The translations under genes and the position numbers were made by a program. 64,000 nt of DNA from Nannocystis bainbridge (GTDB lineage Bacteria; Myxococcota_A; Polyangia; Nannocystales; Nannocystaceae), in assembly GCF_028368995.1 (NCBI RefSeq), contig NZ_JAQNDL010000004.1, positions 256,001 through 320,000 of the forward strand. Reading direction: 5' to 3'. Below, piece after piece: positions 19,108 through 30,932 of this stretch; position 1 is the stretch's first letter, and the number at the start of each line of letters is the position of its first letter. The notes under the pieces were generated by a model. That model saw only the letters and a list, made by a program, of their open reading frames with translations. It had not been told where the DNA came from and made no database searches.

Positions 19108-19595
19108 GGCCCGACTGTCCCGCAGGCAGGCGGAGATCGGGCGCGGCGAGGATGTTGGCCGGCGCGGGGGCCCGGGGCCTCGCGGACGATGGTGGTGGCA
19201 CGATTGCGCCCGGCCGCAAGCGGCGGCGAATCGACGGCGCGAATGTAAGCACCGGGCATGGCCCGCGAATTGGGGCGTGACGGGTGCGGGGCGGGTGCTG
19301 CCGCAATTCCCGAGGGGGGTCGGGCGCGGGCGCATGCGTTCGCGGGGCGGAGGCGAACCCTGGCGCGGGGGCATCACAATGGGTGGAGGATCGACGGCGA
19401 GGCGAGCGCGGCGGTCGGCGCGATATCGAGGATTCGCTGTGATCGTCTCGCGCTCGCGCGTGGCGCCGGGTTGTGGGCAGGCGCACCGCGGCTAGCCTGA
19501 TCGGATGGATCCGGGGCGCGCGTGCGGGCTCGCAGCGCGGCCGGCGGCGAGGTCGAAACATGCGGCGTCTCATCTTCTCGCGAGGGCACTCGAGC

Positions 19596-21338
<1,743 letters not shown>

Positions 21339-21384
21339 CGGCCCTCCCGCCGCCGGGGCGGGAGGACGCGCGCGCCGAATGCCG

Positions 21385-23586
21385 TCACAGCGGGATCGAG
21401 GCGACGGGGTGGGCGAGGTCGTCGATGTGCGCGACGTGGATCATGTCGCGGGCGATCGAATAGACCCAGTCTTCCATGAACACGGACCGCTGCACCTTGG
21501 AGTTGGAGTCGGTCCACCAATTGTTACACTTGCCGCTCGCGGTCTCGGGGGTCTCCGGGGCCTCGTGCGGCACGCCGCCGAGCAGCTCGAAGCCGCCGGC
21601 GATGGTCACGCGATAGACGAGCAGGCCGCTGAAGGTCATGAGGTCGCCGAAGTCGCCGCCGCTGCCGCCGGCGCAGATCGTCATCGGCACCGCGAGCAGG
21701 TCGCGGGAGCGGAAGTAGGTGAAGGCGAGGTGATTGGTGGCAGCCTCGGAGGTGGAGCCGCGGGTGCCGATGACCTCCTTGTCGAGCACCACGGGCTGGG
21801 AGAGGTCGGTGGTGTCGATGATCTGCAGCTGGAGGCCCTCGAACCACGCGAAGTCGCCTTGATCGGCGGCGTCGTAGCCCATGGTCAGGAGGTGGTCGTC
21901 GTCGAGGATGTGCATGTAGGTCGAGAAGCCGGGGATCTTGAGCTCGCCCGCGACGCTCGGGGCGCGCGGGTCGGACAGGTCGAGGACGAACAGCGGGTCG
22001 GTCTTCTTGAAGGTGACGACGAACCCGATGTCGCCCTTGTAGCGCACGGAGCGGATGTCCTCGCTCGGGGCCAGGTGGTCGACGCGGCCCTCCTCGCGCA
22101 GCCGCGAGCCCTTCTCGCGCAGCACGATCACGGTGCTGTGCACGTCGGGGTCGGGGAGCCAGCCGCTGGTGGTGGCGACCCGCAAGGCGCCCTCGTACTC
22201 GTCCATGGCGAACTGGTTGAGGATCCGGCCCTTGACGGCGCCGCTGGCCGCGTACTCGGAGGTGGCGCCGTCGAGGGCGAACTTGTGCACGCTGGTGGCC
22301 TCGTTGACGTCGGCGGCGAGCTCGGGGAACCAGGCGGCGGACTGGGCCTTGTCGTGTCGCACGGCGAGGTACAGCGAATCCTTGGAGGCGTAGACCGGGC
22401 CGGGCCGGCTCATGATGGTGGTGGTGGCGAGGGGCGCCAGCTTGCCGACGGCGAGCGAGACCAGCGAGACGAAGGAGCGGCTGTCGCCGGTCGAGGACAA
22501 GAAGACCTCATCGCAGGCGCTGAGCGGCCCCTGCATGGTCCAGGTGACGCCGCCGAGGTGCCAGGTGTCGCGCACCGAGGGCAGGAGGTCCTTGATCGGG
22601 GCTTGCTCGATCTGCTGGAGGTTGGCGAGGCGCAGCGCCTCGAATCGCTGGAGGACGTCCTGGGTGGTGAAGCCCTGCTGGCCGAGGCCGCACCAGGCGT
22701 CGGGCAGGCTCTGGGGCCAGTAGGTCATGCCGCCGACGTCGAGCTCGGGGAACACGAGGGCGGTGTGGACGGCGTCGCCGATCCGCCGCGAGTTGAGGTA
22801 CGAGCCGTTGAACTCGATCTCGCGCACGAGGCGAGGCTTGGCCCGATCGGCGAGGTCGAGGACGGTGACGAGCAGCTTGCGGCCGTCGCCGGTGAACTCG
22901 CAATCGTAGCCGTAGGTACAGTCGGGCTCGACGGCGGCGTCGGACCAGGGATCGCTGCCGAGAGAGGGGTCGACGTACTCGAGCGAGGCGTAAATGACGG
23001 CAGTGTCGCCGTGCACGTACATCCGCTTCGGGGTGCCCTGGAGCGGGACGGAGGCGAGCTCGTGGGCCTGGTCCGCGGGCCAGGCGTCGAGGACGCGAAA
23101 GCGGCCGCCGGCGAGGATGTAGAGGTAGCTGCCGTCGTTCTTGACGAAGTCGGCCTCGTCGACGTCGGCGACCTGGGTGTTGGTTTCGGAGTAGTCGCTG
23201 GCGGCGTCGCTGCCGGTCTCCTCCTCTTCTTCTTCCTCTTCCTCCTCCTCTTCTTCCTCGCCCCAATCGCCGCAGTCGCTGGCGACGGCCTGGAGGGCCA
23301 TGGTCAGGTTGTTGTGAAGGCTGGCCTCCATCTCCTGAATGGCGGTAGCCTTGAGGGCGGTCGCCAGGTCGTCGCACGAGTCGGCGCGATCGAGGGCGGC
23401 GGCGCCCTGGCGCGGGGCGTCGGCCGGCGAGGCGTCGCCGGCGAGGGCGGGCGACGCCGGCGGGCCGAACAGGCCCTCCGCGGGCGCTCCGGCGACCGGG
23501 TCGGCAGGCGCCGGGGAGTCGCAATGGAGAGAGATTGGCGTCAGCAGCGCCAGGGTGAGTGCAGCGATTCTTCGTGGTCCACGCAT
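21385..23586 (-). CDS. secreted beta-propeller domain protein (Beta_propel-like)
   Basis: SETNTQVADVDEADFVKNDG, LNQFAMDEY...LRVATT, VTFKKTDPLFVLDL, GELKIPGFSTYMH. Confidence 0.88.
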   Translation of the reverse strand: MRGPRRIAALTLALLTPISLHCDSPAPADPVAGAPAEGLFGPPASPALAGDASPADAPRQGAAALDRADSCDDLATALKATAIQEMEASLHNNLTMALQAVASDCGDWGEEEEEEEEEEEEEETGSDAASDYSETNTQVADVDEADFVKNDGSYLYILAGGRFRVLDAWPADQAHELASVPLQGTPKRMYVHGDTAVIYASLEYVDPSLGSDPWSDAAVEPDCTYGYDCEFTGDGRKLLVTVLDLADRAKPRLVREIEFNGSYLNSRRIGDAVHTALVFPELDVGGMTYWPQSLPDAWCGLGQQGFTTQDVLQRFEALRLANLQQIEQAPIKDLLPSVRDTWHLGGVTWTMQGPLSACDEVFLSSTGDSRSFVSLVSLAVGKLAPLATTTIMSRPGPVYASKDSLYLAVRHDKAQSAAWFPELAADVNEATSVHKFALDGATSEYAASGAVKGRILNQFAMDEYEGALRVATTSGWLPDPDVHSTVIVLREKGSRLREEGRVDHLAPSEDIRSVRYKGDIGFVVTFKKTDPLFVLDLSDPRAPSVAGELKIPGFSTYMHILDDDHLLTMGYDAADQGDFAWFEGLQLQIIDTTDLSQPVVLDKEVIGTRGSTSEAATNHLAFTYFRSRDLLAVPMTICAGGSGGDFGDLMTFSGLLVYRVTIAGGFELLGGVPHEAPETPETASGKCNNWWTDSNSKVQRSVFMEDWVYSIARDMIHVAHIDDLAHPVASIPL

Positions 23587-24008
23587 CGTGATCTCCTGCT
23601 CGAATCATCGAGCGGGGTCGAGGCGCGCGGGCGTATCAGACCGCGAGCGAGCAGCCGTTCGCCCCATTCGGCAGCGACGCGCGACCCGACCCCATTCGGC
23701 AATCGTGAGGAGGTCGGTCCTGTCGGCAAGCACGCTCGGCCACGAAAGGCGCGCGGCTGTCGTCCGGCGTACGCGTCTGCCGGCTCGCTCCTCACCGGCG
23801 GAGCGAAGGCGTCGATCTGTCGTCGAGGTCGTGTGGGATGTCCTCGGGGACAGGTCGAGAGCGGGGCGGAGAAGATGCGGAGCCGCCGCTGCGCGAGCAG
23901 GCGAGCGAGCGTCGTGGTCGGCGACGGTTCGCGTCGCGAGCGGGAGCGCGGTCGTGGAGCGCGCCTCCCCGGGTCCGCAACGGGCGTCTGGACCGGCGCA
24001 GGTAAGTG

Positions 24009-24033
24009 TGAGAAACATCTCAAATTAAGTGAG
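24009..24033. promoter_or_regulatory. AT-rich patch with overlapping inverted repeats upstream of ECF operon
   Basis: TGAGA-N4-TCTCA and CTCA-N7-TGAG, ending about 50 nt before ATG 24082. Confidence 0.35.
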
Positions 24034-24081
24034 CCCATCCGAGAACGATTCTCGGCGAGCTCGCGACGAAGGGCGGGAACC

Positions 24082-24666
24082 ATGACCACGGGCCGCGACC
24101 CAGACCTCGACCTCTTGCAGCGCTGGCGCAGCGGCGCGGCAGCGGCCGGCAATCAATTGTGCCGGCGCTTCGAGCCGAAGCTGCGCCGCTTCTTCGCCGC
24201 CAAGGTGCAGCCCGCCGACGTCGAGGAGATGGTCCAGCAGACCTGGTTGGCGCTGACCGGGGCCTGCCGCCGGGCCGACCTGCGGCCGGAGAGCGGCGGC
24301 CTGGATGCGATTCGCACGACGTTTCGCGCGTACCTGTACGGCATCGCCCGCCACACGCTGCTCGCGTATCACCGCAAGAACTACCGCGGCGGCCGCGACT
24401 TCGATCCGGAGGTCGAGAGCCTCGAGACGCTGGCGCCGTCGCTCAGCCAGCAGCTGTCGCTGCAGCGCCGGGTCAAGCAGCTCGAGCTGGCGCTGCGGAG
24501 CCTGCCGCTCGAGCTGCAGCTGTTGACCGAGGCGCGCTACGTCGAGGAGCTGTCCGGTCCGGAGCTGGCGGAGATGTTCGCGCTGCCCGAGGGCACGGTG
24601 CGCTCGCGCCTGTCGCGGGCGCGACGCTTGATGGACGAGGCGCTCGAGCGCCTGGAGCGGAAGTAG
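24082..24666 (+). CDS. ECF RNA polymerase sigma factor
   Basis: sigma2 (DVEEMVQQTW, FRAYLYGIA) and sigma4 (LSGPELAEMFALPEGTVRSRLSRAR). Confidence 0.92.
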   Translation: MTTGRDPDLDLLQRWRSGAAAAGNQLCRRFEPKLRRFFAAKVQPADVEEMVQQTWLALTGACRRADLRPESGGLDAIRTTFRAYLYGIARHTLLAYHRKNYRGGRDFDPEVESLETLAPSLSQQLSLQRRVKQLELALRSLPLELQLLTEARYVEELSGPELAEMFALPEGTVRSRLSRARRLMDEALERLERK

Positions 24667-24674
24667 GAGAGATC

Positions 24675-27494
24675 ATGCGCGAGCCGGAGCCCATCACCGA
24701 GCACGACAGCGGCGCGAGCGATCGTTTCATGCGCCTGTTCGCCGAGCACCGCGAGCAGGCCGCGACCGCCGATGCGTCGGCCGGGGGTGCCTTCGATTTC
24801 CCGGCCGAGGACGTCGCGGCCTTCAGCGCGCTGATCGGCGACCGCTACCGGATCGAGCGCGAGCTCGGACGCGGCGGCATGGGGGTCGTCTTCCTCGGCC
24901 ACGACCATCGGCTCGAGCGCTGCGTCGCGCTCAAGGTGTTGCCGCGCGCGCACGGCGAGAGCGCGGCGCATCAGCGCCGATTCCTGCGCGAGGCGCGGAC
25001 GGTGGCCAAGCTGTCGCACCCCCACATCGTGCCGATCCTGCACGCCGAGGAGGCCGGGCCGTTCGCCTACTTCACGATGGCCTACGTCGAGGGCGAGACG
25101 CTCGCCGAGCGGATCCGCCGCGCAGGTCGCATGCCGGTCGTCGAGGTGGTGAAGGTGCTGCGCGAGGTCGCGTGGGCGCTGGCGTACTCGCACGCGTGCG
25201 GGGTGGTGCACCGCGACGTCAAGCCCGAGAACATCCTGCTCGAGCGGGCCACGGGCCGCGCGCTGGTGTCGGACTTCGGCATCGCCCAGCAGGTCGGCGA
25301 CGCGGGCATCACCGGCGCCGATCACCTGGTCGGCACGGTCCTGTTCATGAGCCCGGAGCAGGCGCAGCGCGTCGAACTCGACGGGCGCAGCGATCTCTAT
25401 TCGCTGGGGGTGGTCGGCTTCTGGCTGCTGTCCGGCAAGTATCCGTTCGCCGCCGACACGGCGCTGGCGTCGTTGCTGCAGCGCGTAAATCGGCTCGCGC
25501 CGCCGCTGCGCTCGGTCGCCCCCGATGTCGCGCCGGCGATCGCGGCGGTGATCGATCGCTGCCTCGCGCGCGCGCCGGACGACCGCGTGCGCAGCGGCGA
25601 GGAGCTGGCGGAGGCGCTCGAGCGGGCGCTGCACGGCGAGCCGAAGAGCGGCCGCGACGAGCGTGCGCTGGGCGAGGCCGAGATCGGCGCGGCGCTGCTG
25701 CAGGCCGCCGAGCTGCGGCGGATGCTCCGCGAGCACGCGGAAGCGCCGGCGCCGATCGACCGGGTCTGCCGCGCGCTGGGCGAGCAGCTCGGCGTGCCCG
25801 GCGGCGTGGCGATCGACCTGTTCGAGCGGCTCGCGCTCATGTGCCCCGGCGACGCCGACGACCTGCGCGTGCTCGCTGCGGCGCACGGGCAGCTGTTGCC
25901 AGATCCGCAGCATTCCACGGCCGCCGACCTCGGCGCCATGTTCGCGACCCGGGACGACGCCTCGCTGTTCGAGCGGCTGCTCGGCCTGAGCCGCGGCTTG
26001 CCGCTGCACCACCCGCTGGTCCAGCGCCTGCATCTGCTGGCCGCGCGCGTGCGGGCGCATCGTGACGGGGCCGACGACGGCGAGGTCGCGGCGCGCTTGT
26101 TGCTCGAGATCCGCGACCTCGCCGCGCGCCTGCTCGAGCTGCGGCGCGAGGGCTTTGGCGAGCCGGTCGTCGACCACGAGAGCGCGACGCTCGGGCTCTA
26201 CCAGGAGGTGTTGGCGGAGGTCCGCCGCAACGACGGCGTGCGGGCATCGAAGCGGCTCCTGGACCTCGCGCGGGTGCGTGGGGCCTCGCGCTCGCAGCTC
26301 GCGGCGGTCGGCGCCCTCGCCGAGCAGGCGAGCCAGCACGCCGGCGTTCATGCCGCCCGCGGGAGCGACGACGCGTGGTTCGCCTTGCTGGCCGCGCTGC
26401 TCGAGTCGGCCGGCAGCCTGGTGTCGGCGGGTCCGGACGAGCTGGCGATCACCGCGCGCACCGACGAGCTGCGACGCGGCGACCTGCAGAGGGCGCGGCG
26501 ACTGTTCCTCGCGCGCCGCGGCGAAGAGCCTCCGCGAGCGAGCGACGCGATCTTCGTCGCCGAGGCGGTGGGCAAGTCGTACGGCCGCCGCAACCGCGCC
26601 GCCGATCAGGTGCTGGGCGACGTCTCGCTGGCGCTGCATCCCGGGACCATCACCGGGGTGGTCGGGCCCAACGGCTGCGGCAAGACCACGCTGCTGCGGA
26701 TCGTCGCCGGCCAGCTCGCGCCCGATGTCGGCCGCGTCGCCTATCCGCGGCTGGATCCGCCGGGCGTCGCGCGCGGGACGACCGACTGGCAGCGGGTGCT
26801 GCCGCAGATCGGCTACGTCGCGCAGCGCCCGGAGCGGTGGTTCGGCGGCCTCGGCGACAACCTGCACCGCTGGGCCGCGCTGCACGGGGTGGTCGGCGAG
26901 GACAACGCGATCGAGGTCGAGTTCTACCTCAACCGCCTCGACCTGCTGCGTTACCGCGACGCCCAGTGGCACGAGCTGTCGGGCGGCTATCGCATGCGCT
27001 TCGAGCTCGCGCGCGTCATGGTCGCGCGCCCGCGCCTGCTGGTGCTGGACGAGCCGCTGGCGCCGCTCGACATCAATTCGCAGGAGACCTTCCTGCGGGA
27101 CCTCCGCGACCTCGCCGACATGGACGGGCAACAGCTGCCGATCCTGCTCAGCTCGCAGCACATCGTCGAGGTCGAGTCGATCGCGGACACGCTGTTGTGC
27201 CTGCACCAGTCGGGTCGGCCGCGCTTCTGCGGCCCGGCCCGCGCAGTGGCGGGTCGCGGCGACGAGCGGGTGTACGAGCTCGGCGGCGCGATCTCGCAGG
27301 ACCTGCTCGACGCGGTGCGCCAGCAGTTCGCGCTCACGGCCCATCGCGCGGGCGAGCGCTGGATCGTGCGAGTGCCGGCAGATGTCCCGGAGGACAGGTT
27401 GCTGCGGGCGCTGCTGGCCCGCCACGGCAGCGTCGATTACTTCCGCAACATCACGCAATCTTGCGTGCGTTTTTTCAGGGGAGATGCGTCATGA
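24675..27494 (+). CDS. Ser/Thr kinase - helical repeat - ABC ATPase fusion
   Basis: GRGGMG, VALK, HRDVKPEN, DFG, MSPEQ; Walker A GPNGCGKT, signature LSGGY, Walker B LLVLDE; GGAGA RBS. Confidence 0.9.
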   Translation: MREPEPITEHDSGASDRFMRLFAEHREQAATADASAGGAFDFPAEDVAAFSALIGDRYRIERELGRGGMGVVFLGHDHRLERCVALKVLPRAHGESAAHQRRFLREARTVAKLSHPHIVPILHAEEAGPFAYFTMAYVEGETLAERIRRAGRMPVVEVVKVLREVAWALAYSHACGVVHRDVKPENILLERATGRALVSDFGIAQQVGDAGITGADHLVGTVLFMSPEQAQRVELDGRSDLYSLGVVGFWLLSGKYPFAADTALASLLQRVNRLAPPLRSVAPDVAPAIAAVIDRCLARAPDDRVRSGEELAEALERALHGEPKSGRDERALGEAEIGAALLQAAELRRMLREHAEAPAPIDRVCRALGEQLGVPGGVAIDLFERLALMCPGDADDLRVLAAAHGQLLPDPQHSTAADLGAMFATRDDASLFERLLGLSRGLPLHHPLVQRLHLLAARVRAHRDGADDGEVAARLLLEIRDLAARLLELRREGFGEPVVDHESATLGLYQEVLAEVRRNDGVRASKRLLDLARVRGASRSQLAAVGALAEQASQHAGVHAARGSDDAWFALLAALLESAGSLVSAGPDELAITARTDELRRGDLQRARRLFLARRGEEPPRASDAIFVAEAVGKSYGRRNRAADQVLGDVSLALHPGTITGVVGPNGCGKTTLLRIVAGQLAPDVGRVAYPRLDPPGVARGTTDWQRVLPQIGYVAQRPERWFGGLGDNLHRWAALHGVVGEDNAIEVEFYLNRLDLLRYRDAQWHELSGGYRMRFELARVMVARPRLLVLDEPLAPLDINSQETFLRDLRDLADMDGQQLPILLSSQHIVEVESIADTLLCLHQSGRPRFCGPARAVAGRGDERVYELGGAISQDLLDAVRQQFALTAHRAGERWIVRVPADVPEDRLLRALLARHGSVDYFRNITQSCVRFFRGDAS

Positions 27495-28765
27495 GAGGGA
27501 CCTATTCACGATATCGAATGGTGGCCGCGTGGGGGCGGCTCGACCGCTATTTGTTGCTCAACCGGCCGCACCTATGGACGATGCGCTTTCATGGGACGGT
27601 GGCGCTGGGGCTGCTGGCCACCGCCGCGGCGCTGGTCATCGCGGCGATGGTGCCGGTCGCGGTCGACAGCGTGCCGAGCCTGCGGCCGTTCTTTCTGTCG
27701 TTGCTGGCGCTGAGCACGATCGGATCGCTCTATTGGACGTGGCTGCAATTCCGGGTGCTGCGCCACGTCAGCGTGCGCGGCCGCGACGGCGGCGGGCTGA
27801 CGTTCGTGCTCAACCTGGTGTGCCTGGTGGCGATTCTCCTGCCGCCGCTGGCGGCGACGTCGCTGCTGCGCGCGCGCGTGGTCGAGCGGGTGCCGCAGGC
27901 GCAATATCAGGCGGATATGCGGAGCTTCAACGAGGGGGTGAATGCGCTGAGGGCGTTCGATCGTCCGCGGCAGACGTATCGCTGCTCGCCGAGGGACGAG
28001 GAGCGCATGTTCGGCAAGGATTTCTGCGCGGGACCGATGCCGTCGCCAGCGACCCTCGTGCCTGCGGAGTTCGTGGCGCTCGAGCGCGATGGTGACGAGT
28101 TCAACCGGATCGACTGCGACGAGTGCGGCGCCGTGAACACACGGCTGGAGGCATTCACGGCGGTGGTCGCCCGCTACGGCGAGTCGCGCGCCGGGGCCAA
28201 CCTGAGCAACCTGCAGGTCGCGCACGGGCTCGGCGCGATCGAGACCTATCCGAGCCGATCTCACCTCTTCTCGGTGTGGTTCATGGCCGTGATCGCGGCC
28301 ACTGGCCTCACGATCGCCCGCACGTGCTCGCTGCGCCTGCTGCTCGAATCGGCCGCCGCGCTCGGGGCGGTGTGGGTCGCGCTGACGTTCCTCAGCAGCG
28401 CCTACGCGGCCCACTCGGGGTTGTCGTCGCTGCTCACGGTGGCGGTGTGCGCGGGCGCGCTGCCGGTCGCGGTGCTGGGCCTCCTGACCCGTCCGACCGG
28501 GCTTCAGCTGCGCCTGCTGGTCGCAGCCTGCTTGCTCGCGCCGGCGGCCACGTTGATCGCCGGGATGGCGATCGCCACGTCGCGCGACCTGTTCGATCAC
28601 ACCGACGTAGTGGAGTCGATGAACTACTTCGCCACGCCGTGGTCGAGCCACGGCGATGGGTTCTTCTTCGGGATGATCGGGCTGACCACGCTGGTGGCGA
28701 TCGCGGCGCTGGCGATGTTCCGCCCGGTGGCGCAGCGCATGGCCGCGATCCCGCGGCGACGCTGA
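27491..28765 (+). CDS. polytopic membrane protein, probable partner/permease of the ABC domain
   Basis: About 8 hydrophobic segments around a Cys-containing loop; ATGA overlap with upstream gene. Confidence 0.8.
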   Translation: MRGTYSRYRMVAAWGRLDRYLLLNRPHLWTMRFHGTVALGLLATAAALVIAAMVPVAVDSVPSLRPFFLSLLALSTIGSLYWTWLQFRVLRHVSVRGRDGGGLTFVLNLVCLVAILLPPLAATSLLRARVVERVPQAQYQADMRSFNEGVNALRAFDRPRQTYRCSPRDEERMFGKDFCAGPMPSPATLVPAEFVALERDGDEFNRIDCDECGAVNTRLEAFTAVVARYGESRAGANLSNLQVAHGLGAIETYPSRSHLFSVWFMAVIAATGLTIARTCSLRLLLESAAALGAVWVALTFLSSAYAAHSGLSSLLTVAVCAGALPVAVLGLLTRPTGLQLRLLVAACLLAPAATLIAGMAIATSRDLFDHTDVVESMNYFATPWSSHGDGFFFGMIGLTTLVAIAALAMFRPVAQRMAAIPRRR

Positions 28766-28826
28766 TGGCTCACGAAGCTGCGCGCCGCGGCGGCCCGAAA
28801 CGGCGCGCCGCGGCTCGCTGCTGTGC

Positions 28827-30800
28827 TCAGGGCGTCTTGCAGATGTACGGCCGCGGCGAGTCGCAGGGCAGGTCGTTCCACAGGCCGGCGGACCAGGCGG
28901 GGAGGTTGGCGCAGTCCTCCTCGCCGGCGTTGTTGGGCTCGCCCTCGTTCCAGGCGGTGAAGCCGAGCGCGGTGCCGTCGGTCCACACGAAATCGTCCTC
29001 GCTGGCGATGTCGTTGAGGCCGATCCACCAGTCGCTGTTGGCGACCATGAACGCCTCGGCGGCGGCCCAGTCCTGGGTGGCCTGGTCGGGGATCGACAGC
29101 AGGTGGCCGCCCTGGGTCACGCAGTCGGCCTCGGCCTGGGCGAAGGGCAAGGCGACGAAGCAGAGCTGGGCGGTGCCGGGGCCGGGCAGGTCCTTCTCGA
29201 CGCAGTGGGGGCACAGGGGGTCGTCGTCCCAGACGCCGTCGCAGTCGTCGTCGTCGAGGTCGCAGGCCTCCTGGGCGCCGGGGTGGACGTCGGGGTCGTT
29301 GTCGTCGCAGTCGTCGGTGCAGGCGGAGAAGCCGTCGCCGTCGAGGTCGACGTCGCTGGGGATCGTGCAAGCGAGGCCGGCCTGGACAGAGGCGGCGCGC
29401 TGCATGAAGAAGGCGACGTTGCCGGCGATCTCGTTGGTGTTGTCGCCGTCGCTGCACTCCTTGCGCGGGTCGGCGGCGACGGCCGGGGCGATGCTGGCCC
29501 CGAGCTCGGCGGCGGCGCCGGCGAGGTCGAGGGCGTCGACGCGGGCGAGCACGTGGTCGAAGCTGTCGGCGAGCTGCTCGCGGCACGGCTGCGAGGCGGC
29601 GCACATCTGCGCCAGCCGCCCGTCGCCGCCGAACGGGTCGAGGTGGTCGCGCAAGATCTGGTCGATGCCCCACGGCATGAAGGTCCACAGCGCGCCGTCC
29701 TCCTGCGGGCGATGGACGTAGTAGTTGTTGCGGGTCCAGGCGTAGCCGTCCCAGTGGCCGAGGTAGATCTCGGTGGCGGCGAAATCGAGGTAGCGCCCGA
29801 GGTCGAGGACAGCGGCGACGTCGCTGGTAAAGGCGGCGGGGTCGAGCATGCCGTCGAGCGCGGTGGCGAAGTCGTAGAGGTCGGCGAATTCGAGGTCGTC
29901 GCCGTTGTCCTGATCGAAGGAGGGCACGAGGTCGGTGCGGATGTCGCTGCCGTAGGCGCCCTCGTAGATGCTGCCCTTGTCGCTGCCGTACCAGTGGTCG
30001 AGGTAGGGCTCGTTGTCGACGGACTCGACGGCGGTGTAGAGGCCGTAGGGCTCGCCGTTGACGCGCACGACGACGTGGCCGGCGCGGGGGGCCGCGATGC
30101 CGACGTCGCGGAAGAGCGAGTAGCCGAGGATCTCGCGCTGCATGCTGCAGTCCTGGACCATGTTGTTGACGGCGAGCTTCTCGAGGCCCAAGAGCCGCTG
30201 GTCGTCGACGTTGCGGTCGAAATTGAGGAGGAAGGCGGCCTTCTGATCGAGGGTGCGATAGGAGCCGTAGTTGCCCTTGAGGCGCACGCCGATCTCGGTC
30301 AGCTCGTAGACCTGGCCGTCGATCTTGGCCACGAGGTCGCCCTTGGTGTACTTCTTGCCATCGGCGTCGAGAGCGGCGATCGCCTCGTCGGAGAGGGTGA
30401 GGTCGAACTCGGCCATGGCGCCGAAGGCGAACAGCGGCTCGGCCTCGAGGTAGGGGTCCGGATCGCCGGTGGTGCCGCTGGTGGTGTCGGGTTCCTGCGT
30501 GGTCGCGGTGGCGTCGGTGGTGGTCGCGGTGGTGGTCGACGTCGCGTCGGTGGTGCTGGTGGTCACCGCGTCGGTGGTCGAGGTGTCGGTGGTGCCGGTG
30601 GTCGGGACGTCGGTGGTCGAGGTGGTGGTGCCGGGAGTGCCGGTGGTCGGCGCGGTCTCACTGGCGTCGGAGGTGGCGTCCGTCGTGGTGGCGTCGGTGG
30701 TGGTGGCGTCCGTGGTGGCGTCGGTGGTCTGAGCCGTGGGGCTGGTGCAGGCGGCGGCGAGGAGGAGCGGGACGGAGCGGTAAACGGCAGTGCGGGCCAT
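28827..30800 (-). CDS. CotH kinase family lipoprotein with Asp/Cys metal-binding repeat and C-type lectin domain
   Basis: LAAAC lipobox; GVRLKG, NNMVQD, HWDGY...NNYY, MPWGID; DCDDNDPDVHPGAQEACD; WIGL...EPN...WND..C. Confidence 0.88.
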   Translation of the reverse strand: MARTAVYRSVPLLLAAACTSPTAQTTDATTDATTTDATTTDATSDASETAPTTGTPGTTTSTTDVPTTGTTDTSTTDAVTTSTTDATSTTTATTTDATATTQEPDTTSGTTGDPDPYLEAEPLFAFGAMAEFDLTLSDEAIAALDADGKKYTKGDLVAKIDGQVYELTEIGVRLKGNYGSYRTLDQKAAFLLNFDRNVDDQRLLGLEKLAVNNMVQDCSMQREILGYSLFRDVGIAAPRAGHVVVRVNGEPYGLYTAVESVDNEPYLDHWYGSDKGSIYEGAYGSDIRTDLVPSFDQDNGDDLEFADLYDFATALDGMLDPAAFTSDVAAVLDLGRYLDFAATEIYLGHWDGYAWTRNNYYVHRPQEDGALWTFMPWGIDQILRDHLDPFGGDGRLAQMCAASQPCREQLADSFDHVLARVDALDLAGAAAELGASIAPAVAADPRKECSDGDNTNEIAGNVAFFMQRAASVQAGLACTIPSDVDLDGDGFSACTDDCDDNDPDVHPGAQEACDLDDDDCDGVWDDDPLCPHCVEKDLPGPGTAQLCFVALPFAQAEADCVTQGGHLLSIPDQATQDWAAAEAFMVANSDWWIGLNDIASEDDFVWTDGTALGFTAWNEGEPNNAGEEDCANLPAWSAGLWNDLPCDSPRPYICKTP

Positions 30801-30932
30801 GACCCGCGACGGTACGCCGACTGCAGACGGGTGGGAGGGTCGGCGTTTGCAGGTCCAGGGGCCGCGAGGGCGTGAGGGACGTGCTGGCCGGGGTTCCGCG
30901 GGGATCGAGGCGCTACGCAGGCGCGGCTCGGC

